64,000 nucleotides of DNA, from the NCBI GenBank assembly GCA_009914755.4, contig CP086569.2:8320001-8384000 (forward strand), in the 5' to 3' direction. Source of the stretch: the human T2T-CHM13v2.0 reference genome, Homo sapiens. Shown piece by piece: positions 50,074 to 61,862 of the stretch (position 1 is its first letter; every line of letters starts with the position of its first letter). The translations under genes were made by a program, and so were the position numbers. The notes beneath the pieces are model-generated. The model had not been told where the DNA came from. It did not search any database and saw only the letters and a list, made by a program, of their open reading frames with translations.

Positions 50074-51270
50074 TTGGCTCCTAAAGTCTTGACCCAACAT
50101 CAGAGGATTCATGGCAAGAAATGGATCCAGTTGCCCCCACTTCACCAAGAAGGAAGGCCTCCTGAGCCCACTACACCTGAGCTTCCACAAGACCTACATA
50201 ACCCTAGGCCACCCAGAGTAGAAAGGAAAGGATGTGAGACCTCAGGAGAAACTCCTCCCTTCATAGCCTGTTTGAGGTCTAGAATTGAAATACAAATGTG
50301 CCTGAGAGAGCAGTGGTAGATGAGGATGGGCATATGGTGGAAAGGTGAGCCTTTGTGTACTTACCCTTCAGCTTTGCCAATCTCCTCAATTGGAAATACA
50401 ATATCCCATCCTATACGAAAAATCATCAAGCTATAATTGATTTGCTCAAAACTATTATCCAGACCAACAACCCCACGTGGGCCGATTGCCCCCAGTTGCT
50501 CATGTACCCTTTTAACACAGATTAAAGGAGGAGAGTGTTCCAAGCAGCAACTAAGTGGAAGGAAGAACATATTTCAGCTGATTACGAAAACACTCAAAAC
50601 TATGTGAGGATCTAATTACCAGGAACAGACCCACAGTGGGACCCAAATGAAAAAGAGGGTATGCAAAGGTTAAACTTGTACAGGGCACCCCTTCTGGAAG
50701 GGTTAAAGAAGGGAGCTCAGAAGGCCACAAATGTTTTACAAGAGACTATATGAGGCCTATTGTATGTTTACTCCCTTTGATCCCAATGGCCCTGATAATC
50801 AGAACATGATTAACATGGATTTAGTTAGTTAAAGTACACAAGACATTAGAAGAAAATTGCAGAAACAGGCTGGGTTTGCAGACATACATACTTCACAGTT
50901 ATTGGAGATAGTCAACCAGGTGTTTGTAAATAGAGATTCACTAAGATACAGAGAGAACTGCAGAGAGAGAGAGAGTGAATGCCAAGCCCAGTGAAATGCC
51001 AACCTGCTAGCTGCAGCTATTAGAGGGGTTCCCCCAAAGGGGCAAGAGAGGGGGCCACAGGAAAAATACCCAGTCTGGTCATCCAGGCTTGCAGCATAAC
51101 CAGTGTGCTTACTGTAAGGAAATAGGACATTGGAAGGACAAGTGCCCCAGTTGGAAGGAAAACAAGGTGACTCTGAGCAGGAGGCATCAGACAAGGATGA
51201 AGGAACCTCCTTCAATCTGGAAGTCCAGTTCAAACTGGACTGAGGGAGACCAGGCTCATGTGCACTACTA
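50074..51270 (+). pseudogene. gag remnant: proline-rich late-domain-like region, capsid, and nucleocapsid with one CCHC zinc knuckle; disrupted by multiple stops and frameshifts
   Basis: The ORF at 50074-50319 contains ...PPEPTTPELPQDLHNPRPPR. The ORF at 51089-51271 contains CAYCKEIGHWKDKC (CX2CX4HX4C), with the Cys and His residues at ~51113-51154. A capsid-like stretch VQGTPSGRVKEG..FTRDY lies around 50680-50760. Confidence 0.6.
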
Positions 51271-51700
51271 ACCACCTTGGTTGCCCTCTTATCCAAAAAG
51301 ACTATTGATATAACCGAAGCCACAGGGGTCTCAGCAAAGCAAGCTTTCTCTTTGCCCCAGACCTGCACTGTAGGGGGGCATGAAGTGATTCACCAGTTCC
51401 TGTACATGCTTGACTTCCTCTTGCCTTCGGTAGGAAAGGACCTACTTAACAAAATGAGAGCCACTGTCCCTTTACAAAGCACAGCTCCTTACAGATAAAG
51501 TTAACTGGAGTGTGAGTCATAATGACCATTACAGTTTTTCAGGAGCCAGGCCCAAAGATAGGACAAGCTCTGGCTAAGTGATGGCCAACGGTGTGGGTGG
51601 GAGACAGCCTTCCAAGGTTGGCAGTCAACTAAGCCCCCATACTCAGAGAAGTTAAGCCTGTGACAGCCAGTCAGGCAACATAAGTACCCAGTTCCCATAG
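51271..51700 (+). pseudogene. Retroviral aspartic protease remnant
   Basis: The ORF at 51277-51498 contains ...LLPSVGKDLLNKM, which is the conserved LLGRDLL protease motif. The degraded active-site region is ...IDITEATGVS. Confidence 0.5.
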
Positions 51701-53400
51701 AAGCTCTTGAAGGTACCCAGGTGCATCTCAAGGGCCTGGGGGCCTCTGAAATTAGACTCCCTTGTCAATCTCCAAGGAACACCCCCCTCCTGTCTGCTCT
51801 CCAGCCAGAGACCAAGGGCTACAGGCCGGTACAGGACTTGCACTTGGTCAACCAAGGTACAGTGACTTTGCCCACAATGGTACTTAACCCATACACATTG
51901 TTGGGAATTCTGTCAGCTGAGGACAGCTGAAGGATGCTTTCTTTAGCATCAGACTAGCCCCTTAGATCCAGAAATTGTTTGCCTTTCAGTGGGAGGATCT
52001 GGGGTCAGGTGTCATCACTCTGTACACTTGGACCTGTCTTCCCCAAGGGTTTAAGAACTCCCCCACCATCTTTAGGGAAGGCACTGGTTTGAGACCTCCA
52101 GAAGTTTTCCATCAGAGACCTAGACTGTGTGTTGCTCCAGTACATTGACGACCTCTTGTGGGGAAACCCCAAGGCAGTCAGGTGCATCAAGGGAATTGTT
52201 ACCCTTCTCTAACAACTGGAGGACTGTGGGTATAAGCTCTCCAAGAAAAAAGCTCAGATCTGCTGACTGCATTTACATTACCTGGGATTTACTATCTGGC
52301 AGGGGGAGCACAGCCTGTGATAAGAATGAAAGCAGGTCAACCTACAAGGAAAACAGTCATGAACTACAGAGAATACCAGTGAGCTTCCATCTTGATTGCC
52401 TTGAGGAACTCTGGAGCTGACTCAGAGGCTCAAAAAGCACTATCTACACCCTACCAGGCATCTGTCACAGCCCCTGCTCCCTCAGTCACCTGTACTTGAA
52501 TCTACTTATTCTAAAGAAGAGAAAGACTTTCCCCAAGCAGAGGGAGGGCCAGTGAGAGAAGAGGGATGCATCCAGTTATTGGACAGAAGAATAGCTGTGC
52601 CACAACTGCTAGGGGCTGCAGTCATACTGTCTGTGCATGAGACTACCCACTTAGACCAAGAGTCACTTGAAAAGTTGTTAGTCTGGTACTTCTATGTCTA
52701 GCATCTGTCGCTACCCACAGCACAATGCTAGGTAAGTTCCAAACTTCATACAACCTTCATACAACCTTATGGAGCAACCCCCGTTGAAGATCTCCAATTA
52801 GACTTCACGGGCATGTCCAAATGTGGAGGTAACAAGTATTTGCTAGTTCTAGTGTGTACATACTCTAGGTGAGTGGAGGTCTATCCAACATGAACTGAGA
52901 AAGCTTCTGAGGTAACCCATGTGCTTCTCCAAGATCTTGTCCCTAGGTTTGGACTATGCTTATGAATCAGCTTGGAGAATGGGCCAGTGTTTGTGGCTGA
53001 CTTGGTAAAAAAGATAGCAAAGGTGTTGGGGATCACATGGGACATACATACAATTTACCAACTGTAGAGCTCCAGAAAAGTGGAGCAGATAAATCGGACT
53101 ATCAAAATAGTTTAGGGAAGTGTGTCAAGAAACAAGGTTAAAGTGGGTACAAGCTCTCCCTATGGTATTGTTTAAGACTAGATGTACCCCTTCTAAAATT
53201 ACAGAATATTCCCCTTATAAAGAATTATATCATAGGTTCCTTCCCGTACAATGGGGACTCTCAGGCATTTCTCGAGAGCTAGGTGAAATTGACTTACAGT
53301 GACAGCTGAAGGCTTTAGGGAAAATTACACAAACAATTTCAGCCAGGGCAAATGAAAGCTGTCCTGTCAGCTTATTCTCTGCAGTTCATCCTTTCTCCTC
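51700..53400 (+). pseudogene. pol remnant: reverse transcriptase (motifs YRPVQDL, PTMVLNPYTLL, LKDAFFSI, YIDDLL at 52141-52158) and integrase core (QLDFTGMSKCGGNKYLLVLVCTYSRWVEVYPT at ~52789-52890); multiple frameshifts and stops
   Basis: The translated motifs are read directly from the plus strand. cag tac att gac gac ctc ttg encodes QYIDDLL, and gac ttc acg ggc ... aag tat ttg cta gtt cta gtg encodes DFTG...KYLLVLV. The ORF at 53120-53302 gives ...YSPYKELYHRFLP, which resembles an integrase C-terminus. Confidence 0.65.
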
Positions 53401-54193
53401 AGGTGATCAGGTTTGGATCAAAGATTGTAATGTAGCACTCTTGCAGCCACAGGAGGAAAGAACCCTAGAGCATCATCTTGACCACTCCCACAGCTATAAA
53501 GATAGAGAAAATCCTATCCTGGATCCACCACAGCCACATAAAACCTACAGCACCTGAGACCTGGAAGGTGAGGCCAAGCCCAGACAACACCTGCAAGCTG
53601 ACATTGAAGATGACAAGTCCTGCTCCAGTCACACCCTGAAGCTGACTGGTCCATGCATGGTTGAAGCATGAGGAAACTCATCGTGAGACTCATTTTCCTT
53701 AAATTTTGGACTTGTACAGTAAGGACTTCAACTTGACCTTCTCAGACTGAAGACTGTTCAAGTTACTGAGGTAGGGCAAAGAGTTAAAAGAGTCTTTCTG
53801 TTTTTATGATTATTATGAATGTACTGGAACTTTAAAAGGGACTTGTTTGTATAATGCCACAAAACAGAAGGTATGCAGCACAGGAAATTACCAGCCTTAT
53901 GTGTGATAACCCATTAGAACTACTCGATCCCTAGTGGAAAACAGGAGAGTAAGTAATTCTAGGAATCAATGCAACTAGACTCTATCCCTGAGTAAATATT
54001 TTAATCTAATGAGAGGTCCACAGGCACTCTCCAAAGCTGGTGTTTACTCCACTGTTTAGCATATTTCTAGCAACTTAGTTCATCAAAAGACCACAGCACA
54101 AGTGTGTTACATGAATTGCTGGCGATCTGTCTCTCAGGAAGACCTGAATAGTGAAGATGAGAGTGAGAATTCCCACTAGTGAGTGAGGTTCTC

Positions 54194-54204
54194 AAAGAGG
54201 GGAA
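54194..54204 (+). promoter_or_regulatory. Polypurine tract (plus-strand primer) immediately upstream of the 3' LTR
   Basis: aaagaggggaa directly precedes the LTR start tgagga. Confidence 0.65.
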
Positions 54205-54565
54205 TGAGGAGAGAGGCCATTTCTCTTACTGTCTCCTGTTCTTTGAAGAGAAGCAGGAAGTAAAAGCTGAAAAACAACAGGAATGAAATCAGTGGCAAGA
54301 TCAGCCAGTGCTATTGATGACCAGGTCTGTCACTAAAATATCAGCCCAATACTCTAACCACACGTGCTATCTATAGATCTCAACCTGTCATTAAACTTTC
54401 ATGTGGAACCCCTTAGAGTTGTAAGCCTTTACAAAGGCCAGAAACTCTTTCTTCCGTGAACGTAGTTCTTGAAACATGCATCTGCCAATGCTCCCAGCTG
54501 AATAAAGCCATTTACTTCTTTAATCTGGTGTCTGACGGATTTTCTCTGCAGCTCATCCTGCTACA
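54205..54565 (+). repeat. ERV 3' LTR (~361 bp)
   Basis: tgaggagagaggccatttctcttactgtc ... gctcatcctgctaCA. Contains aataaagccatttacttc at ~54489. It is preceded by a polypurine tract. Confidence 0.8.
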
Positions 54566-54634
54566 AAGAGAATGTGAGGTCAGATTTGCTGGAAGCTTCT
54601 GTGTCATCTGTCTTCATTTATTTTGTTTTTGCAG

Positions 54635-57030
54635 CTGAAGTTGCGGGACCCCATCCACCCCTCATCAGAATGTATTCTCACCCAATCTGATCTTATTGCT
54701 GCTCAAACTCTATGTATCAAGATGAAATCCCAAGATGATGAAGGATTGCCCCCTCATGATATGAAGCACCTGCTCAGCTGGGAAGTGAATTCAAGGTAAA
54801 TACAAGGGGGCATGCATTTAGGACTGCTAGTATCTCTCCATGTTTTGGTGCAGGAAAAAGAAACACTGGGAGATGTCTGTTTTTTTTGTTTTGTTGTGCT
54901 CCTCTTTTCTCTAGAAAAGTTGCTTTTTTTGAAGGTAAAAGTGACTTGGATGCTTGTGGGTAATGGCATGCCTCCCAAATCACCGCAGATTCATCATCAA
55001 CAGAAAAATAAAGAACATGGAGCCCTGCATCCCAAGGAGAGCCACACAGACAGGACAACAAAAGGTTTTGAGACTTAATATAAAAGAATCGCTTGAGTGA
55101 ATTAACCACATTTCTTTCGGCGGATTCTACTTACATTCACAGCAAACACACACAAACAATGCCACATACACACACACAGACCTCCATCATTCAAGGCACT
55201 TCCAGAGAGACACACAATATGGAAGCTCAGGAGGCTGCTTAGTTATGTAGGAGGCCCCACATGGGACAGAGCAACCCTGAGAAATACAGTGGGCCTGTAC
55301 CTAGAAATCACGGTGGGCAAGTTAAAAAAGATTCAAACCTACATTATCTAGGAATGAATGAGGAATCCTGTAGATCTTTTTGGATACCTAGGGATTTCAC
55401 AATTTATTACTAGGGCTCTGATTGATATTTCTTCAGAGTGGCCAACATTTGCCCTCTCCAAGAATCATGGGACTATCCTGTGGATCCCACTGAGAAGACA
55501 GGTGAGAGTCCACCACAGACACACTTCCACAGTGGTCTCCTTCTTTGCCAAGCTGAAGGGACTTGTTGCTAGGCAATGATGACATTAATTGTGATGCTAT
55601 CCAGAGCTCACAGTCAGGCCAAGTGCCCTGAGATTAGTGTGTGTGCATTTGTGTGGCAGACTTAGGCACCTGTCTGTCAGAACTGTAAGCCTGCCTAAGC
55701 AGAGAAAAATGGTACAGTCAGAGCCAGCCTGGTATTTGGGTAAAGGCTGCCTGCAAAAATGCACTGCAGGACCCAAAACTTCTCAACCTCAGAGCCCCTT
55801 CAGGCTGTCTCCATGGCCAGGTGGTGCAGGAGGAAGAGGCATTTTGAGCCTGAGAGGAGGTTGCTGGAAACTGCTCATCTGACTCCATTCCTGAAAGAGG
55901 CTGTGTAGAAGAATCCACTCCCATGAAGATTGGAATCTAGTCAGGTGTATTACTGAAGGTTCTTTGGGTGATAGAATCATACCTGATACCCCAGATGCTG
56001 ATGTCAGTGAAAAATGGCCAGACTCTTGACCTCACTGCCTCCTTGCATCCAGGGCCTCGCAGAGGCTCTTTCGGGAAGGCAGGAACCATGACAAAAGCAT
56101 ATCAAAGGCTGCGTGTGATAATGGCAAGCCTGGAAAGGGAGTCCAGTTGTGCTGTTGAGAGGCACTGTGTAATCCCCAGGAAAACAAAGAAAAATCAAGG
56201 CTCACCTGAGAGAATGATCTGCCTTGTTCTTAAGTCCAAGAAACGTTCAATGATTCCTATCAGAGGAACAAAAACCCCTTGCAAATTGCAAACAACCTCA
56301 ATCTCTCAACGTGTCAAAGACCCACAACCTGTAAGGCAGCCAGCCTACCTGAAGTCCCTTTTGCTCTCTGAAATCCCTGGCAGCTACATAATCTGTGGTG
56401 AGAGGCAGTCCCATCCAGCAACAACTCAATGAAAGAGCCCCTCCACAATGAGAGGACCATGAAGATGAATGAAACAGAGGCTAGATTACCTGATAAAAGC
56501 TAGAAACAGCTGCCTGCTTCTCATCCTAAAGGAATCATGCCACCCTCCAATAGAAGTGGAAGAACAAGTTTATTTGTTGATGGCTCTAATGGAAAGTTAT
56601 GGTTGTAAATATATCAAAGCTTCCCAGTCATTAAAACGTGATAGTGTTTACAAAAAAACACTCACACAATAGATTCCCATGAGGGTCGTTCTCCATGAAC
56701 TGGGAAATGTTTATTGTGGAAGTTGCTGAGCCAGATCCAGGAAACCCTATGTCGATGAGGAACATGGAAGTCAGGAAAAGAACAGGCAAGTGTAGAGGCC
56801 ACACCCAACCTAGCATCAGTCTTTTCCACTCATTTTTGGCTCCGAGTATGAAAGCCCTCAATTTGGGATTTTGCCAGGATAGCCTCAGTTTGCCCTCCAA
56901 ATATTCCTGGCACATTGGAGTACTCCCATGTGAGAACAGGGCCAAGATATAAACTGCTTGTGCGATTCAGGCAATGTGGGGATGGAGTTGGAAGAAACTT
57001 CTTTGTTGTTTGTCCTTACTTTTTTTTCAG
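54635..57030 (+). repeat. Unit B17 (2396 bp)
   Basis: Landmark ttttgtttttgcag|ctgaagttgcgggacccc at 54631. Confidence 0.75.
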
Positions 57031-59405
57031 ATAATGTTGTGAGGCCCCGTTTACCCCTCAAGAGATTCTATTATCACCTGTGTCTGACATTATTGCAGCT
57101 CACACTCAATGTCCCTGGATGAAATCCCAAGACAATGGAGGGGTACTGCCTTAAGACATGAAGACCCTGCTCGGCTGGGACCTGAATTCAAGGTAAATTC
57201 AAGGGCCCTTCATACAAGACTGCAAGTTTTCTTCCCTCAGTAGTCCACAGAACAATGAAATGTTGGGAGATGTCTGTTATTTTGGTGTGGTATGCTCCTC
57301 TTCTTCCTAGAAGAGTGGCTTTTTTTTGCAGCGGCAGGTGATTTGGACGCTTGTGGTTTCGGCATGCCTCCAAATTCACTGCAGGTTAATGATCCACAGA
57401 AAAATAAAGAACATGGGGTCCCAAAGCCTAAGCAAACCCACACAGAGAGGCCATCAGAAGTTTTGGATATACGAAAAAAAAAAAAGGCTGAAGTGTGTTA
57501 GACACATTTCTTTAAGGAGACTCCACTTACAGGCACACACAGAAACACACACACACACACACACAATGCCACACACACAGGCAAACATCCAACACTCACA
57601 ACACTCCCACAGAAACACACAGATCGGCAGCTCCTGAGGCTGCCTGGTCCTGCAGAAAGCCCTACCGTGGGGAGAACAACCCCGGGGAACACAGGCGGGC
57701 TATACCTAGAAATCACAGTGGGGCAAGTTTTAAAAAGACTCAACCCTACAACCTCTAAGCAGGCCTTAGGAATCCTGTAGATTGTTTTGGATCCTTAGGG
57801 ATTTTGCGGTTTATTCATGAATCTGTGCTTCACGTTTCTTCAGGCTGGCTCACATCTGCCCTATCCTGGAATCATGAGAGTATGTCGTAGATCCCTCAGA
57901 GAAGACAAGCGAGAATTCACCACCGACTCACCTCCACGGATGTCTTCTCTGCCAAGCCGCCTGGACTTGTCACTAGGCAATGATGACATTCATTATGATG
58001 GTGGTCAGAGCTCACCATCAGGCCTGGTGCCCTGAGGCTGGCACAAATGCATCCATCATGCAGGCTCAGGTGCCTGGATTTCAGAACTCTCATCCTGCCT
58101 AAGCAGAAAAATATATGGTACAGGCAGAGCTGGTCTGGTTTTGGGAAAAAAAGGCTTTCTGTGAAAACCCTCTGCGGGGCTCTAAAATTGCCTACCTCAA
58201 GACCCTTTTGTGTCATGTCTGTGGTCGGGTTCCGCTGAAGAAGGAGGCATTTGGAGGCTGTGAGTTGGTCACTGATCTTCTGACTCCATTCCTGAAAGAG
58301 GCAGTGTGCAAGAAATAGGTCCCATGGGGATTGGAATACTGTCTGGTATTGTTTAGGGCTCTTTGGGAGATAGAATCATACCTGAGACCCAGAGGCTGAC
58401 ATCAGCAAACAATGGCTGGGCTCTTGACCTCACTGCCTCTCTTCCTCCTGGGCCTTGCAGTGGCCCTCTGGGAAAGGCAGGAGCCATGACAATAGCAAGA
58501 GCAAGTTGGAACAGTGTTTTCACACCACAGACTCGCCTCTCACAGGTGTATATCAGGTTCAGACAGTGTCTCAGAGGACGTCTTTTGCGATGACATGCTT
58601 GAAAACAGTGTCCAGTATTGCCAATGAGGGTCACTGTGGATTGCCTGTGAAGGTAAAGAAAAATTATGGCTCACCTGAGAGAATGAGCTGCCTTTGCTGG
58701 ATTCCCGGCAACGTTCAATGATCCTGATTAGATTACCCAAAAGCCTCTTGCAAATTGCAAATAACCTCAGCCCTTACAATGAGATAATGACTTTTAACCT
58801 GGGGAACAGCCAGCCTAATTGAAGTTTCCTTTGTTCTGAAATCCCTGGCACCTAAATAGTCTTTGGTGAGAGGCAGTTCCATCTAGCAAAAGCCCAATGA
58901 AAGAGGTCCTCCACAACGCAAAGGCCACACAGATGAAAAGAAACAGAGGATAAATTACCCTGCAAAAGCCAAACACAGCACTGTTTTAGACATATCAAAG
59001 CTGTCCAGGAATTAAAACGTGACAGTGTTTAGAAGAAAACACTTACACAATGGCTACCCATGAGGGTCGTTCTCCATGAACTAGGAAATGTTTAGTGTGA
59101 AAGTCATTGAGCCAGGCTCAGAAAAGCCTAGACTGATGAGGAAAATAGAAGTCAGAAAAAGATGAGGCAAGTGTAGAGACCACATCTTACCCAGTATCAA
59201 TCCACTCCACTACCCTCTGCTACCAGGTATAAAAGCCCTCATATCAGAGGATGGCCCCAATATGCAACTCAAATGATTCTTGCACGTTGGAGTATTCCCA
59301 CCTCAACTCTGGGCCATGGTGTGGACTGCTTGTGCAATTAAGGGAATGTGGGAATGGGGTTGGAAGTGTCTTCTCTGTCATCTGTCCTCATTTCTTTTTT
59401 TGCAA
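57031..59405 (+). repeat. Unit B18 (2375 bp)
   Basis: Landmark tttttttcag|ataatgttgtgaggcccc at 57027. (CA)n at 57540-57572. Confidence 0.7.
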
Positions 59406-61862
59406 GTGAAGCTGCAAGACCTCATCCACCACTCAGGATATTGTATCCTCACCCCTATCTGTCCTCATTGCTCCTCACATTCTATGTCCCAGGATGGAAT
59501 CCCAAGGCGATGGAGGAATACCACCTCATGATGTGAAGCACCTGCTCTGCTGGGGATAGAATTCGAGTTAAATTCAAGAGCCCCTGTGGAGAGGACTGCT
59601 ACTGTCTCTCCCTGGCTTGGCTGAAGGACAATGAAACACTGGGATATGTTTGTTATTTTGTGTGTTGTGCTCCTTTTCTTCCTAGGAGAGTGGCTTCTTT
59701 TGCAGGGAGAGGTGACTAGGACGTCGGCGGGTCTTGGCACACCCCTCCTTTCACTTCAGATTCATGATTCATGGTAAAATAAGAATGTGCCCCACAACCC
59801 AAGCACAGCCAAACAGTCAGGCCACCAAAAGGTTGGGAGATTCAAAAAAACAAAATGGAGAGCCGAAGTGCTTTAGCCATATTTCTTTAAGTGCACTCTA
59901 CTTGCAGGCACACACACACAAACACACAACACACAATGCCACATACACAGGCAGATATCCAACACTCACAACACTCCACAGAAACAAATAGGCCTGCAGT
60001 TCCTGAGGTTTTGTGGTTCTGCAGAAAGCCCCAACTGGGAAAGAGCAACCCCAGGAAGAACAGGAGGGATGTATCTAGAAATCACAGTGGGACAAGTTTC
60101 AAGAAGACTCACCATGACAATGTCTAGGCAGCCTGAGGAATCCTGCAGATTATTTTGGACCCTTAGAAATTTCACATTTTATTCCTGAGGCTGTGCTTGA
60201 TGTTTCTTCAGGTTGTCTCATGTCTGCCCTCCCCTAGAATCATGGAACTATCTTATGGATCTCATAAAGAAGATGGACAAAAGCCCACCACCAACCCACC
60301 TCCATGGTGTTCTTCTTCACCAAGACCAACGGACTTGTCTCTAGGCAACGATGACATTCATTGTGATGCTAGACACAGCTCAGAATCAGGCCTGGGGCCC
60401 TGAGAATATGCATGCCAATTCATGAAGAAGTCAGGGTACCTGACTATCAGAGCTGTCAGCCTGTCTAAGCAGAGGAAAATGGTACAGGCAGAGCTGGCCT
60501 GTTATCAGAAAAAAGCTGTCGGTCAAAACCCATCCCGGGATCCTAAAATTTTTTACCTCAGGGCGCCTTTGTGCCTTCTCAGTGGTGAGGTCTTACTGGA
60601 GGAGGAGGCATTTCAAGACTGACAAAGTCACTGAAAACTGCTTTTCTGACTCCATTCCTGAAAGAGGGTGTATGAAAGAATTTCCCATGGAAATTGGATT
60701 AAGGCTGGAGTGTTGTTTAGAATTCTCTGGGTGATAGAATCATATCTGAGACCCCAGAGGTGGGTGTCAGAGAAAGATGGTCGGACTCTTGACCTCACTG
60801 CCTCCCTTCATGCTGAGACTCACAGGGTTTCTCTGGGAAAGGCAGGAACCACGACAAAGGCACATCCTGGGTGGAGCAGTGTTCTCACACCTTGAACTGG
60901 CCTCTCAAGGATGCATATGGAGTTGAGGCAGAACCTCAGTGGCCATCTGTGGCCATTGCAAGCCTGAAAGGGATGTCCAGTAGTGCTGTTGAAGGGCAAT
61001 TTTGACCCCCAATAAAAGTAAAGAAAAATCAAGGCTCACCTGAAAGAAGAAGGTAAATTGTGCTGGAGTGCAAGTAATATTCAAAGACTACTGTCAGAAT
61101 ACACAAAATCTTCCTTCAAAGTGCAAACTACCCTAGCTTCCACAATGAGATCATGAATGACAAAAGTGCAGCAAGCCTACTCAAAGTCCCTTTCTCACCT
61201 GGAAATCCCTGGCAGCCAAAAGATCTGTGGTAAGAGGCAGTCCCATCCAGCCACTATCCAGTGAAAGACTCCCTCCACAATAAGAAAGGACTTCCAGATG
61301 AAATGGAACAGAGCCCAGAATGACAGTCAAAAGCCGGACACAACTGTCTTCTTCTCATCCTACAGGAATTCTGCAGCCCTCCAATAGAGGTAGGAGAATA
61401 AGTGTTTCCATGATGGCAGCTGTAACTGGAATTAACAGTTTCAAATGTATCACAGCTGCCAGGAAATTAAAACATGACAGTGTTAAGATGAAACACTCAT
61501 GCAATGGATTCCCATGAGAGTGTCCTCCATTAAGTGTGAAATGTTTAGTGTGGAAGACGTTGATCCAGACCCACGGACCCTAGGCCGACGAGGGACATGG
61601 AAGTCAGGAAAGAAAGAGGCAAGTGTGGAGGCCACCTCCCACCCAGCATCAATCCACCCCACTCCCATTTGGTTCCTGGTATGAAAGATCTCAGATTGGA
61701 AGTTTGCAAGATGGCCCCAGTTTATACTCCAAATGTTCCCTGCATGTTGGAGTACTCCCACCTGAACATGGAGCTGCTGTGTAGACCACTTGTACAACTA
61801 AGGCAAGGCAGGGATGCAGTTGGAAACACCATCTGTGTCATCTGTCATCACCTTTTTTGCAG
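59406..61862 (+). repeat. Unit B19 (2457 bp)
   Basis: Landmark tttttttgcaa|gtgaagctgcaagacc at 59402. Confidence 0.7.

Larger units (their letters stand above)
48404..54565 (+). mobile_element. ERV1-class (gammaretrovirus-like) endogenous retrovirus provirus with tRNA-Glu primer-binding site (HERV-E-like); 5'LTR-gag-pro-pol-(env largely deleted)-3'LTR
   Basis: There are direct repeats of ~360-380 bp at both ends. They start tgaggagaga(g/t)... and end ...ctgctaca, and each contains an aataaa signal (3' copy at ~54490). The primer-binding site tggttccctgacctggaa and a polypurine tract lie internally. The gag, pro, RT and IN motifs are in plus orientation. The host repeat is interrupted exactly at the LTR ends. 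Confidence 0.85.

Noticed and set aside
50829-51368. 179-aa ORF on the minus strand inside the ERV
   Set aside because: It is antisense to the gag NC region and has no retroviral or other recognisable motifs. It is a chance ORF.
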